From contig PDTX01000003.1 of the NCBI GenBank assembly GCA_002749065.1, positions 145,685 through 209,684 on the forward strand: a stretch of DNA of 64,000 nt. The letters are read 5' to 3'. Of this stretch, positions 1 to 8,980 are shown one piece after another. Made by a program: the position numbers and the translations under genes. How positions within the stretch are numbered: the first letter of the stretch is position 1; every line of letters starts with the position of its first letter. The stretch comes from Bacteroidia bacterium. GTDB taxonomy: Bacteria > Bacteroidota > Bacteroidia > Bacteroidales > CAJPTX01. Under the pieces are notes generated by a model. The model was not told the DNA's origin. It made no database searches and saw only the letters and a program-made list of their open reading frames with translations.

Positions 1-168
1 CGGCCGACCGATCGATTCGTAGGTTCGTCGCCCCATGACCATGTGCCCACCCATGGTCAAGGCCTTGAAGTGCGCCAAGTCCTCGGGCAAATGGGCCAGC
101 AAGCCGTTGCCACGGCCTATGGCATTGCCCTCGGCCACCACCGCCACGAGTATAATCTCCCTGTTCAT
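1..168 (-). CDS. folA: dihydrofolate reductase, N-terminal 56 codons (gene runs off the left edge)
   Basis: Reverse-strand ATG at 166-168. My translation is MNREIILVAVVAEGNAIGRGNGLLAHLPEDLAHFKALTMGGHMVMGRRTYESIGRP, which fits the DHFR N-terminal signature (IG..N.L....P.D...F...T....vvMGR.TyeSIG). It is absent from the ORF track because it is truncated. Confidence 0.75.
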   Translation of the reverse strand, partial: MNREIILVAVVAEGNAIGRGNGLLAHLPEDLAHFKALTMGGHMVMGRRTYESIGRP

Positions 169-263
169 GACCTATTTAATCTCCAATCTCCGGAAAGCTG
201 TCCGACAAAGGTAGTCAAAAAACGTAGCCAGCTGGGTGCCAGAATCGCCCCGCGATTATTGCT

Positions 264-271
264 TACCTTCG
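264..271 (+). promoter_or_regulatory. Bacteroidota -7 promoter box (TACCTTCG, near-consensus TAnnTTTG) for hemW
   Basis: The box ends 4 nt before the ATG at 276, so the leader is very short or absent. Confidence 0.4.
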
Positions 272-275
272 CGCC

Positions 276-1463
276 ATGGAAGCATCTGTTTCACCCCTAG
301 GCCCTAGCGGGCATCCTTCTGAATGGGCACTTTACGTGCATTTTCCCTTCTGCCGCGGCAAATGCCCCTACTGCGATTTCTACTCCCTGCCGGTGCGTGG
401 TGGTGAAGTTCCGCCCGAATATCCTGAGCTCATCGTACAGGAATTCAAGCACCTACGTGGGGAGCTGGATGCCCGGGGGGACTTCCCGTCCGGATGCTCC
501 CCCCGTTTCCGCACCATCTACCTCGGCGGGGGTACCCCCTCCCTCCTCCCGCCCCCCGCCATCGGTCGGCTTCTCTCCCAGCTCGGCCAGAGCAATGACG
601 TGACCCTGGAGTGCAATCCGGAGGGGCTAGACCGGGCCTACTTCGAGGGTGTCCGCACGGCGGGGGTCACGCGCGTCAGCATCGGCGTGCAGTCGCTCGA
701 CGACCGCGTCCTCCGCCTCCTCGGTCGCCGCCATGATGGCCAGCGCGCCCTGCACGCCATCGAGAGCGCCAGGAGTGCCGGTGTGGGCGACATCTCGGTC
801 GACCTCATCTACGGCATACCCGGCCAGCCCCTGCAGAGCCTGGAGGAGAGCCTGCGGCGGCTCAGCCGGCTCGAGGGCGTGGACCACATATCGGCCTACC
901 ACCTCACCGCCGAGCCCAATACCGCGTACGGGAAGCGGGTGGCCAAGGGGAGCGTGCGGGAGGTGGACGAGGAGGTCAGCATGCGGCATTTTCGCCTCGT
1001 TCACGATCTGCTGGAGCGCGCGGGCTTTGAGCACTATGAGGTCTCGAGCTTCGCGCGCCACGGTCGTTACGCCCGCCACAACATGGCCTACTGGCGCGGG
1101 GGGAAGTACCTCGGTCTGGGGCCCGGCGCGCATTCCTACGACGGGGGTCGCCGCTGGTGGAATGCCCCCGATTGGCCGCGCTACGCGAAGAGCATCCGCA
1201 GCGGGCTTCTCCCCCGCGAAATGGAGGAGCTCAGCGATGACAATCGGCTTGATGAGTGGATTATGACGGGCCTTCGCACCCGGTGGGGGCTTGACCTAGC
1301 CAGAGGGGTGGAAGTTTTTGGCCGACAGGCGATTGATGAGCTGCGAAGGCGGGCCTCCAGCTGGATTGACAGGGGCATAGCCCTTGAGCAGGAGGGTTAC
1401 CTCAAGATTCACCCCCGGCACTTCCTTATCTCCGATGCCCTTATCCTGGATTTGGCGGGGTAG
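276..1463 (+). CDS. hemW: radical SAM heme chaperone HemW / oxygen-independent coproporphyrinogen-III oxidase-like protein
   Basis: 395 aa with an ATG start. CxxxCxxC radical-SAM motif (CRGKCPYCDF), GGGTPS motif and a HemN_C-like tail. Confidence 0.9.
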   Translation: MEASVSPLGPSGHPSEWALYVHFPFCRGKCPYCDFYSLPVRGGEVPPEYPELIVQEFKHLRGELDARGDFPSGCSPRFRTIYLGGGTPSLLPPPAIGRLLSQLGQSNDVTLECNPEGLDRAYFEGVRTAGVTRVSIGVQSLDDRVLRLLGRRHDGQRALHAIESARSAGVGDISVDLIYGIPGQPLQSLEESLRRLSRLEGVDHISAYHLTAEPNTAYGKRVAKGSVREVDEEVSMRHFRLVHDLLERAGFEHYEVSSFARHGRYARHNMAYWRGGKYLGLGPGAHSYDGGRRWWNAPDWPRYAKSIRSGLLPREMEELSDDNRLDEWIMTGLRTRWGLDLARGVEVFGRQAIDELRRRASSWIDRGIALEQEGYLKIHPRHFLISDALILDLAG

Positions 1464-1502
1464 GGTTCGCCCGGAGGGTGGTGATTAACTCGAAAAGATA
1501 GG

Positions 1503-1883
1503 ATGGGAAAGCAGGAGCATGATTGGCAGGATATGCTGGCGAGCCTCCGGGCGGAGATGCCGGCCGATGGGCCTGAGGATGGGGGCGCTGGCCCCGAATG
1601 CGAGGGGGATGCTGCGCATCCGCCGCAGGGGGTGGAGGCCATAGCCCGGCGGCAGTTCCGCGTATTCCGGCAGCGGAAGGGGCGGGCGGGCAAGACGGTG
1701 ACGATGATAGAGGGGAGGGGCCTGTCGCCCGATGAGGCCGAGGCACTACTGGTTCACCTGAAGCGTCGCTGCGGCTGCGGCGGTCTGCTGCGGGACGGGC
1801 TGCTGGAGCTGCAGGGCGATAAGCGGGTGCAGGCCAAGGGGGAGCTGGAGGCGATGGGCCATGGTGTGCAGCTGGGCAACTAG
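1503..1883 (+). CDS. translation initiation factor SUI1/eIF1 family (YciH-like)
   Basis: 126 aa. The C-terminal region KGRAGKTVTMIEG...LKRRCGCGGLL...LELQGDKR is typical of the SUI1 domain. Confidence 0.85.
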   Translation: MGKQEHDWQDMLASLRAEMPADGPEDGGAGPECEGDAAHPPQGVEAIARRQFRVFRQRKGRAGKTVTMIEGRGLSPDEAEALLVHLKRRCGCGGLLRDGLLELQGDKRVQAKGELEAMGHGVQLGN

Positions 1884-2995
1884 ATCTGGTGCTTGAAGCT
1901 GAAGGTGCTCCGGATGGGGTAGTGGTCGGAGTAGTCGGCCTCCAGCACGTCGAAGCGGGTGGGGGTGAGCTGCGGGCCGCTGAGTATGTAGTCGATGCGG
2001 AGGCCGGGGAGGAAGCGGCTGTATGTCTTGCCGAATCCGTCGCCGCTGAGCAGGAAGGCATCCTGCAGGCCGATGCTGCGCATGCGCCGGTAGGTGTAGG
2101 AGTTGGGCGAGTCGTTGAAGTCGCCGCAGACCACCACTGGGTATGGCGATAGGGCGATGTGCCGCTCGAGCTGCTGCACCTGCTGGGCCCGCTTGATGCT
2201 GGCGGCGCGGATGTGCCGTCCGAGGTCCTTGAGCTCGACGAGGAAGTCGGCCACCCGGTCCCAGAAGCCCTCCTGGCGCCCTTGTCGTGCTGGGTTCTGG
2301 AGGAACTCCAGGTTGGAGCGCTTGAAGCGGAAGGACTGCAGGTGGGTGTTGTAGATGCGTATGGTGTCGTCGTCGATTTTCACGTCGGTGAAGATGGTGC
2401 TGTTGGCCGAGCGGTCGAAGCGGAGATGGCCGCTGTCGACTATGGGGTAGCGGGTGAAGGTGGCGATGCCGTATCGCCGTTCCCCATGCTCGACGACGTA
2501 GTGGATGTGGGCGTTGCCGGGGATGAGGGCCTTGGCCTGCTCGGTGCTGAAGTCGGCGTTGGTGTAGAACTCCTGTAGGCAGCTCACGGAGGCGTTGGTC
2601 TGCCCGATGAGGTCGGCGATCTGCTGCTGGGTGGGTGGCCTGTCGGACCATCCGTAGAGGTGGAAGAGGTGGACGTTGTAGGAGAGGATGCTCAGGTCGG
2701 CCGGGGGGGCTTGCTCATCGGCGGCGCGGTGGCGGTAGAGGTCGAAGAGCTGGTTGCACCCCAGGAGTATGGATATCAGGGAGATGAGCACCCACTTCTT
2801 CCAGCAGATGGCCCAGTAGACCGCGAAGAGGAGGTTGAGCACGAACCACACCGGCTGCAGTATGCTGATGAGGCTGGGTAGCCAGAAGTCGGCCGGGCTG
2901 ATGTCGACCGATAGGTAGCTGACCGCCAGCATTCCGGCGCAGCAGATGTTGAGCGCGATGATTAGCCAGCGCAGCGTATGCCAGAGCCTTTTCAT
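1880..2995 (-). CDS. membrane-anchored endonuclease/exonuclease/phosphatase (EEP) family protein
   Basis: 371 aa with N-terminal TM helices. The EEP motifs present are LSYNVH, GDFN and SDHYPI. Confidence 0.8.
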   Translation of the reverse strand: MKRLWHTLRWLIIALNICCAGMLAVSYLSVDISPADFWLPSLISILQPVWFVLNLLFAVYWAICWKKWVLISLISILLGCNQLFDLYRHRAADEQAPPADLSILSYNVHLFHLYGWSDRPPTQQQIADLIGQTNASVSCLQEFYTNADFSTEQAKALIPGNAHIHYVVEHGERRYGIATFTRYPIVDSGHLRFDRSANSTIFTDVKIDDDTIRIYNTHLQSFRFKRSNLEFLQNPARQGRQEGFWDRVADFLVELKDLGRHIRAASIKRAQQVQQLERHIALSPYPVVVCGDFNDSPNSYTYRRMRSIGLQDAFLLSGDGFGKTYSRFLPGLRIDYILSGPQLTPTRFDVLEADYSDHYPIRSTFSFKHQI

Positions 2996-3004
2996 TCCTT
3001 GCTG

Positions 3005-3991
3005 CTACTTGCGGAAGAGCTTCTCCTTCTCCTCGCTGGTGAGGGCTGGGTAGCCACCCTGCTTGAGCTTCTCGATGATACGCTGGATTTCGCGCTCCTC
3101 TGCCTCCTTCTCGGCCTGGCTGGTGGCGCGGTCGGCGGATGCTCCGGGGCCATCCTGCGGCGGGGTGTAGCGGCGATACTGCCCCCCGGTGCCCTGCTGG
3201 CGGGTGCTGTCGCCGCTGGAGCTGGCATGCTGCTGGTTTCCCCTGTACCTCCGGAAGCGGGGTCGTTGCCCTTGCCGCTGGGGGCGGGCCTTGCCCCAGT
3301 CCAGGAGGTGGTTGAGCCATGCGCCCAGGTCGGTCCCCCGTCGCAGCATGTGGATGTAGAGGAAGCCGATGATGGCCCCGCCGATGTGGGCTATGCTGCC
3401 CCCGGCGTTGCTGCCCGTGACGCTCATCACGTCGATGGCGACTGCGGCCAGGGCTATCCACTTGACCCTCACGGCGAGGAGGCCGTAGAGGTACACCTCC
3501 CGGTCGGGGTCGTCGTAGGCGGCCGCGATGGTGATGGCCATGACGGCGGCCGATGCGCCCAGGGCGCGGGCGGCGGGTAGCACGCCGGCGAAGTAGGGGA
3601 AGAGGTTGTAGGCCAGGATGTAGAGTAGGCCCCCGGCCAGCCCGCCCAGGATGTAGAGGTTGCGGAGCTGGCGGCTGGTGCGGCGCATGAGGAAGAGGCG
3701 GGCGAAGGCCCAGAACCACATCAGGTTCCAGAAGATGTGGGTGAAGTCCACATGGTAGAACATGTAGGTGACTAGGGTCCAGGGCTCTAGGATGAGCTGG
3801 GGTAGCCAGGCCGGGACGGCCAGGAGGTTGAAGAGCCAGCGGGGGGGGAGGCCGAGCATGGTGGAGAAGCCCCCGATGAGCCGCCCGGCGATGAAGACGG
3901 CCAGGTTGATGAACAGGAGCCAGCCCATGGTGGGGGTAATCCCCACCCGGTAGGAGAGCTGCTCGACCCTAGAGCGGAGTTCCCGAAGCAT
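3005..3991 (-). CDS. rhomboid family intramembrane serine protease (with Gln/Arg/Gly-rich C-terminal tail)
   Basis: 328 aa. GASAAV (GxSxx catalytic Ser) and HIGGAIIG (catalytic His) lie in TM segments. The ATG at 3989-3991 overlaps the upstream rhomboid gene by 23 nt. Confidence 0.85.
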   Translation of the reverse strand: MLRELRSRVEQLSYRVGITPTMGWLLFINLAVFIAGRLIGGFSTMLGLPPRWLFNLLAVPAWLPQLILEPWTLVTYMFYHVDFTHIFWNLMWFWAFARLFLMRRTSRQLRNLYILGGLAGGLLYILAYNLFPYFAGVLPAARALGASAAVMAITIAAAYDDPDREVYLYGLLAVRVKWIALAAVAIDVMSVTGSNAGGSIAHIGGAIIGFLYIHMLRRGTDLGAWLNHLLDWGKARPQRQGQRPRFRRYRGNQQHASSSGDSTRQQGTGGQYRRYTPPQDGPGASADRATSQAEKEAEEREIQRIIEKLKQGGYPALTSEEKEKLFRK

Positions 3992-4790
3992 GGCGTTTCC
4001 AGTAGAGGATGAGGATTAGGCCGAAGAGCATGCCGCCCAAGTGGGCGAAGTGGGCGATGTGGCTGCCGGGCAGGCCGAGGCCCAGGCCCAGCTCGAGCGT
4101 GGCGAAGCCCACGACGGCGTACTTGGCCTTCACGGGGATGGGGATGAAGAAGAGGTAGAGCTCGGCGTTGGGGAATATCATGCCGAAGCCCAGGAGGATG
4201 CCGTAGATGGCGCCGGAGGCACCGACCATGGGCACGTTCAGGTGGCTCTGGATGATGTGGTGCATCACATCGCTGGCCTGGGCCATGACCGCGGGGGTGG
4301 GCTCGTTGAGGGCCGGGTCCATGGCCAGCCGGGTGAAGAGGGAGCTGGAGGCGTTGTCGCGCACGAAGTCCAGGAAGGCGGCCGTCTCGAAGTTCTCCAT
4401 GATCTGCCGGGCGGCGGCCTGCATGCGCCACACGTCGATCTCGATGACCAGGGTGTTGAGCGCGGCCGCCCCGAGGCCACAGAACACGTAGAAGAAGAGG
4501 AAGCGCATGCCCCCCCAGCGCCGCTCGAGGGTGGAGCCGAAGGTCAGGAGAGCGAACATGTTGAAGGCCAGATGCCCCATGCCGGCGTGCATGAACATGG
4601 AGCTGATGTACTGGTAGGGGCTGTAGTACTGGCTATCGGGGGGGAAGAGCCCTAGGAGCTCGTAGAAGTCCAGGTGGAAGGAGCTGGACATCAGCCAGGT
4701 GAGCAGGAGCATCAGGCAGTTGATGATGATGAGGTTCATCGTGACGGGGGCTTGCTCCATCATCCCCCCAAAGCTGGTATTTCTGTACAT
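3969..4790 (-). CDS. rhomboid family intramembrane serine protease
   Basis: 273 aa. Motifs HAGMGHLAFNM, GASGAIYG and HLGGMLFG. The ATG lies 14 nt after the mutL stop. Confidence 0.85.
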   Translation of the reverse strand: MYRNTSFGGMMEQAPVTMNLIIINCLMLLLTWLMSSSFHLDFYELLGLFPPDSQYYSPYQYISSMFMHAGMGHLAFNMFALLTFGSTLERRWGGMRFLFFYVFCGLGAAALNTLVIEIDVWRMQAAARQIMENFETAAFLDFVRDNASSSLFTRLAMDPALNEPTPAVMAQASDVMHHIIQSHLNVPMVGASGAIYGILLGFGMIFPNAELYLFFIPIPVKAKYAVVGFATLELGLGLGLPGSHIAHFAHLGGMLFGLILILYWKRHASGTPL

Positions 4791-4804
4791 ATCTGTTTCT
4801 GTCG

Positions 4805-6610
4805 CTATCCTTTCTGGAACATCTTCTGTATCTGCGGCATGCTGAGCATCTGGAGGGTGGGTCGGCCCTTGGGGTCGATGGCGGGTTCGCGGGTGGCCAG
4901 GAGGTCGTCCGCCAGCTGGGCCAGCTGCTCGGGGCTTAGCTGGCTGCTGCGGGTGTAGGCCGAGGCCTCGGCGAGGGCGGTCAGCTGCATGCGCGTTGCC
5001 GACTGGCCCAGGCTCTCCTCTTCCTGGTGGAACTGGCTGTGCAGCTCGCGGATGAAGCCCGCGTGGTCCGCGATGTTCACCCCCTGGGGTATGGCGTGCA
5101 GCTGGAGGGTGTCGGGCGGCTGGAGGGTGAAGAGCGCGCCTATGCCCCGGGCCTCCTCCATGAAGCGTTCTATGCCGATGAGCTCGTCGGGGGCGAGCTG
5201 CACGGTGGCCGGGAAGAGCAGCTGCAGGGAGGTCACGGCGTTGGGCGGGTTTTTCTCCAGCCGTTCGTAGATGACGCGCGCGTGGGCCCTGTGCTGGTCG
5301 ATGATGGCCAGGCCGTGGAGGTGCGGGGTGGCGAAGTAGCCGTGGCCCAGCGGGATGGTCTGCCGCAGCGCGCCCGCGCGGGCCTCGAGGCCCAGGCCGA
5401 GCCCCCCGTAGAGCATGCCGCTCTCGCCGGGCTGTGGGCGCGGGGCGGGGCGGGGCGCGGTGCTGATGGTCCGCGAGGGGATGATGACCTGCTCGCCCGT
5501 CTGGCTGGCCTGGCCGACGGTGGCCGCGCCGCTGACCTCGAAGCTGGCCGTGGGGGCGCTCGGCGGGTAGAAGGGCATGTCGCGGATGGGGTCCTCGTGG
5601 AAGTAGAGCTCCGGCACGCCCCCGAACTGGCCGAGCGCCTCCCTCACGCCCGAGGTGAGGATTTGCCAGATAATCCGCTCATGCTCAAACTTTATCTCCG
5701 TCTTGGTGGGGTGGATATTCACGTCTATGCTCTCCGGGGGCACGGTCAGGAAGATGAAGTAGACCGGGAGCATGTCCGGGGCGATGATTTTGTCGTAGGC
5801 CGAGAGGACGGCCCGGTGGAAGTAGGGGTGCCGCATGTAGCGGCTGTTGGCGAAGAAGAACTGCTCGCCCCCCCGCCGCCGCGCGCTCTCGGGCCGGCAG
5901 ATGTAGCCCTCGATGGCCACCGACTCGGTCTGTATCTCGATGGGGATGAGGGCCTTCTCGGTCTTCCGGCCGAACATCTGGACGATGCGCTTGTAGCGGT
6001 TCTGCTGGGGGAGGTCGTAGATGACCTCCTCGCCGTGGAAGAGGCGCATGGCGATGGTTGGGTGGGCCAGGGCCACGCGCTGGAACTCGGCCACCACGTG
6101 CTTCATCTCCACGGAGGTGCTCTTGAGGAAGCGGCGGCGGGCCGGGACGTTGAAGAAGAGGTTGCGCACCAGGAAGTTGGCCCCCTTGGGCGTGGTGATG
6201 CTGCTCTGCTCGGCCACCTGCGAGCCCTTCATCACCAGCTTGGTGCCCACCTGGCTGCCCTCCTGCGCGGTGCAGAGGCTCACCTCGGCCACGGCCGCGA
6301 TGGAGGCCAGCGCCTCGCCCCGGAAGCCCATGGTGACGATGCCCTCCAGGTCGGGGGCATCATGAATCTTGGAGGTGGCGTGGCGCTCGAAGCACATACG
6401 CGCGTCCATGGGCGACATGCCGCAGCCGTCGTCAATCACCTGGATCTGCTCCTTCCCCCCCTCGCGCACCAGGAGGGTGATGAGCCTGGCCCCGGCATCC
6501 ACGCTGTTCTCCAGCAGCTCTTTGACCACCGATGCGGGCCGCTGCACGACCTCACCGGCGGCGATCTGGTTGGCGATGCCGTCGGGCAGCAGGTTGATGA
6601 TGTCGGCCAT
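4805..6610 (-). CDS. mutL: DNA mismatch repair protein MutL
   Basis: 601 aa. GHKL ATPase N-terminus (IAAGEVVQRPASVVKELLENSVDAG, DDGCGM) and a MutL C-terminal dimerisation region. Confidence 0.95.
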   Translation of the reverse strand: MADIINLLPDGIANQIAAGEVVQRPASVVKELLENSVDAGARLITLLVREGGKEQIQVIDDGCGMSPMDARMCFERHATSKIHDAPDLEGIVTMGFRGEALASIAAVAEVSLCTAQEGSQVGTKLVMKGSQVAEQSSITTPKGANFLVRNLFFNVPARRRFLKSTSVEMKHVVAEFQRVALAHPTIAMRLFHGEEVIYDLPQQNRYKRIVQMFGRKTEKALIPIEIQTESVAIEGYICRPESARRRGGEQFFFANSRYMRHPYFHRAVLSAYDKIIAPDMLPVYFIFLTVPPESIDVNIHPTKTEIKFEHERIIWQILTSGVREALGQFGGVPELYFHEDPIRDMPFYPPSAPTASFEVSGAATVGQASQTGEQVIIPSRTISTAPRPAPRPQPGESGMLYGGLGLGLEARAGALRQTIPLGHGYFATPHLHGLAIIDQHRAHARVIYERLEKNPPNAVTSLQLLFPATVQLAPDELIGIERFMEEARGIGALFTLQPPDTLQLHAIPQGVNIADHAGFIRELHSQFHQEEESLGQSATRMQLTALAEASAYTRSSQLSPEQLAQLADDLLATREPAIDPKGRPTLQMLSMPQIQKMFQKG

Positions 6611-6657
6611 AGGTTCTTGCTCGGCTAGTTGGTTTGATGCATCGGTACCCGGCGGGG

Positions 6658-6945
6658 CTAGAGGCGGATGTAGAGGTACAGCGCCAGGGCCAGAATCCCC
6701 AGGATGAGGAGGGTGCGGCTGAGCTGCCCACCCTGGGGCGCGGCGCGTCGGCTCCGTGCGTGCTCGCGCCGCTCCAGCTCTAGGCGCGCCTCCCGGACGG
6801 TCGGTGTTTCCTCCTCCAGCTCCAGGCCGTGCCGCTGGCGGGCGCGCTGCTCCATGGCGGTCAGGCGCGCCTTCCGCTCGCTGTAGTAGCGGGGTTTGTA
6901 CTCGAACTGCCGGGGGCGCTGCGTGCGGAATACCCTAAATCCCAT
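6658..6945 (-). CDS. small Arg-rich protein with C-terminal TM helix (hypothetical)
   Basis: 95 aa with an ATG 28 nt downstream of a perfect minus-strand TACCTTTG box. It is the first gene of the mutL-rhomboid-EEP string, and its C-terminus [15 protein letters not shown] is hydrophobic. Confidence 0.55.
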   Translation of the reverse strand: MGFRVFRTQRPRQFEYKPRYYSERKARLTAMEQRARQRHGLELEEETPTVREARLELERREHARSRRAAPQGGQLSRTLLILGILALALYLYIRL

Positions 6946-6972
6946 GTGGTCCCGATATCCTCAATTTTGTGG

Positions 6973-6980
6973 CAAAGGTA
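6973..6980 (-). promoter_or_regulatory. -7 promoter box TACCTTTG (minus strand) for the small-ORF/mutL operon
   Basis: Perfect TAnnTTTG match, 28 nt upstream of the ATG at 6945. Confidence 0.5.
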
Positions 6981-7192
6981 GGCTTTTTCTTCCAGCCCGA
7001 GGCATGGCGGGGCGAGCTCACGCTGCGGCGAGCCCGATACGCGCGGCTTCGGAGCGAGTGGCTCGGAGACCGTTTTGTCTGGAATGGCAACAAATAGGGG
7101 CACACGGCATGCGAATTGCCCCTCGGGCATCCCGCGTTCGCGCCGAAGGTCTATATTCGCGAACTCAATTAAGCAAACCAAATACGAGGCGG

Positions 7193-8008
7193 ATGTCGGT
7201 AGAAACCAAGACCCGTGCGGTCACAGTGCGTACCCTGCAACGGATGAAGGAGCGGGGAGAGCGGATTTCGATGCTTACGGCCTACGATTTCTCCATGGCG
7301 TCGCTCATTGACGGCGCCGGGGTGGACGTAATCCTGGTGGGCGACTCGGCGGCCAACGTCATGGCGGGCTACGGCTCCACCCTGCCGATAACGCTCGACC
7401 AGATGATATACCACGCCCAGTCGGTGGTCCGGGCCGTGCAGCGGGCCCTGGTGGTGGTCGACCTCCCCTTCGGCTCGTACCAGGGCGACTCGCAGTCGGC
7501 CCTCAAGTCCTCCATCCGCATCATGAAGGAGTCGGGGGCCGATGCCGTCAAGATGGAGGGGGGGCGCGAGGTCATCGAGTCCGTCGAGCGCATCCTCTCG
7601 GCCGGCATCCCGGTGATGGGCCACCTGGGGCTCACCCCGCAGTCCATCAACAAGTTCGGCACCTACGCCGTGCGGGCCACCGACGAGGACGAGGCCGACA
7701 GGCTGGTGGCCGATGCCCAGCTCCTGGAGTCGGCGGGCTGCTTCTCCATCGTGCTGGAGAAGATACCGGCCTGCCTGGGCAAGGAGGTCTCCCGCAAGCT
7801 CGACATCCCCATCATCGGGATAGGGGCCGGCGGCATGGTCGACGGCCAGGTCCTGGTCACCCACGACATGCTCGGCATCACCCAGGAGTTCAACCCCCGC
7901 TTCCTGCGCCGCTACCAGCAGATGGGCGAGGACATGCGCAGGGCCTTCGGGGAGTACATCGCCGATGTCAAGTCGGGCGACTTCCCCAGCGAGAACGAGC
8001 AGTACTAG
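7193..8008 (+). CDS. panB: 3-methyl-2-oxobutanoate hydroxymethyltransferase
   Basis: The in-frame ATG at 7193 gives 271 aa ([33 protein letters not shown]...GDS...). The 99-codon upstream extension in the track ORF overlaps the divergent promoter region. Confidence 0.9.
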   Translation: MSVETKTRAVTVRTLQRMKERGERISMLTAYDFSMASLIDGAGVDVILVGDSAANVMAGYGSTLPITLDQMIYHAQSVVRAVQRALVVVDLPFGSYQGDSQSALKSSIRIMKESGADAVKMEGGREVIESVERILSAGIPVMGHLGLTPQSINKFGTYAVRATDEDEADRLVADAQLLESAGCFSIVLEKIPACLGKEVSRKLDIPIIGIGAGGMVDGQVLVTHDMLGITQEFNPRFLRRYQQMGEDMRRAFGEYIADVKSGDFPSENEQY

Positions 8009-8041
8009 CCCCGCGCTGGCACATCACACTATAATCATAGT

Positions 8042-8764
8042 ATGGCAGACGAAGGAAGGCGGCAAGCCAGCAGGCAGGACCCCCCCCCGGTGCGCAAGCG
8101 CGTGCTCTACGAGGACAACCACTACATCGCGGTGCAGAAGCTCGTGGGCGAGCTGGTGCAGGGCGACACGACGGGCGACACGGCCCTGGTGGACAGCGTG
8201 CGGGAGTTCATCCGCGTGCGCGACAAGAAGCCCGGCGAGGCCTTCCTCCAGGTGGTGCACCGCGTGGACAGGCCCGTGGGGGGCGTGGTGCTCTTCGCCA
8301 AGACCTCGAAGGGCCTGGCCCGGGCCAACGAGCTCTTCCGCGAGCAGAGGATAGCGCGCGTCTACTGGGCCATCAGTGAGGAGCAGCCCCAGGAGCTGGC
8401 CGCCACCCTGACCCACTACCTGGTGCGCAAGGCCGCGCAGAACAAGTCCTACGCCTACACCCGGAAGCGGCCCGAGGCGAAGCTCTCCACCCTGAGCTAC
8501 GAGCAGGTGGCCCGCAGCAAGAACTACGCCCTGCTGGAGGTGCGCCTACACTCCGGCCGCCACCACCAGATTCGCGCCCAGCTGGCGGCCGTGGGCTGCA
8601 TGCTCCGCGGCGACCTGAAGTACGGGGCCAAACGCTCGATACCCGGCGGCGGCATAGGGCTCTTCGCCCGCTCGCTGGAGTTCGACCACCCCATCCGCGA
8701 CGAGCACGTGCGCATCGTGGCCGAGCCGCCCGCCGACCCGCTCTGGGACCTCTTCCCGAGGTAG
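8042..8764 (+). CDS. RluA-family RNA pseudouridine synthase
   Basis: 240 aa. HRVDRPVGGVVLFAKT (catalytic Asp motif) and GRHHQIRAQL. Confidence 0.85.
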   Translation: MADEGRRQASRQDPPPVRKRVLYEDNHYIAVQKLVGELVQGDTTGDTALVDSVREFIRVRDKKPGEAFLQVVHRVDRPVGGVVLFAKTSKGLARANELFREQRIARVYWAISEEQPQELAATLTHYLVRKAAQNKSYAYTRKRPEAKLSTLSYEQVARSKNYALLEVRLHSGRHHQIRAQLAAVGCMLRGDLKYGAKRSIPGGGIGLFARSLEFDHPIRDEHVRIVAEPPADPLWDLFPR

Positions 8765-8980
8765 GGCGGGGAGAGTAGGGCGAATATCAGCTGATTTACA
8801 GATAGTTAGAGTTGCCCCATGAGGATAAGGAATGCCCGCATGGGGCGATTGCCCCTGCTTGCCATGGGGCGAAGCGCGCCGGGCGCCCACTCGTCAGGAA
8901 TAGCCAATCCTACGTCCCCGGAATGCATCCATTCGTCAGCATGCCACGAACCTTTTGCACCAAGCCCCGTTGAATAGGTC

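Noticed and set aside
5027-6628. A 533-aa ORF on the plus strand spanning the whole mutL locus.
   Set aside because: It is antisense to an unambiguous mutL gene. Its composition is Gly/Ala/Arg/Val/Leu-rich with no motifs, which is the typical high-GC shadow ORF. The same explanation applies to other long antisense or alternate-frame ORFs, for example 1746-2651, 2715-3719, 7169-7864, 18449-19528 and 19540-20754. It also covers 23079-24038, 32297-33868, 34176-35246, 35313-36185 and 41697-42560. Further examples are 44508-45452, 45531-46580, 50317-52086, 54232-55107, 55337-56761 and 56952-57938.
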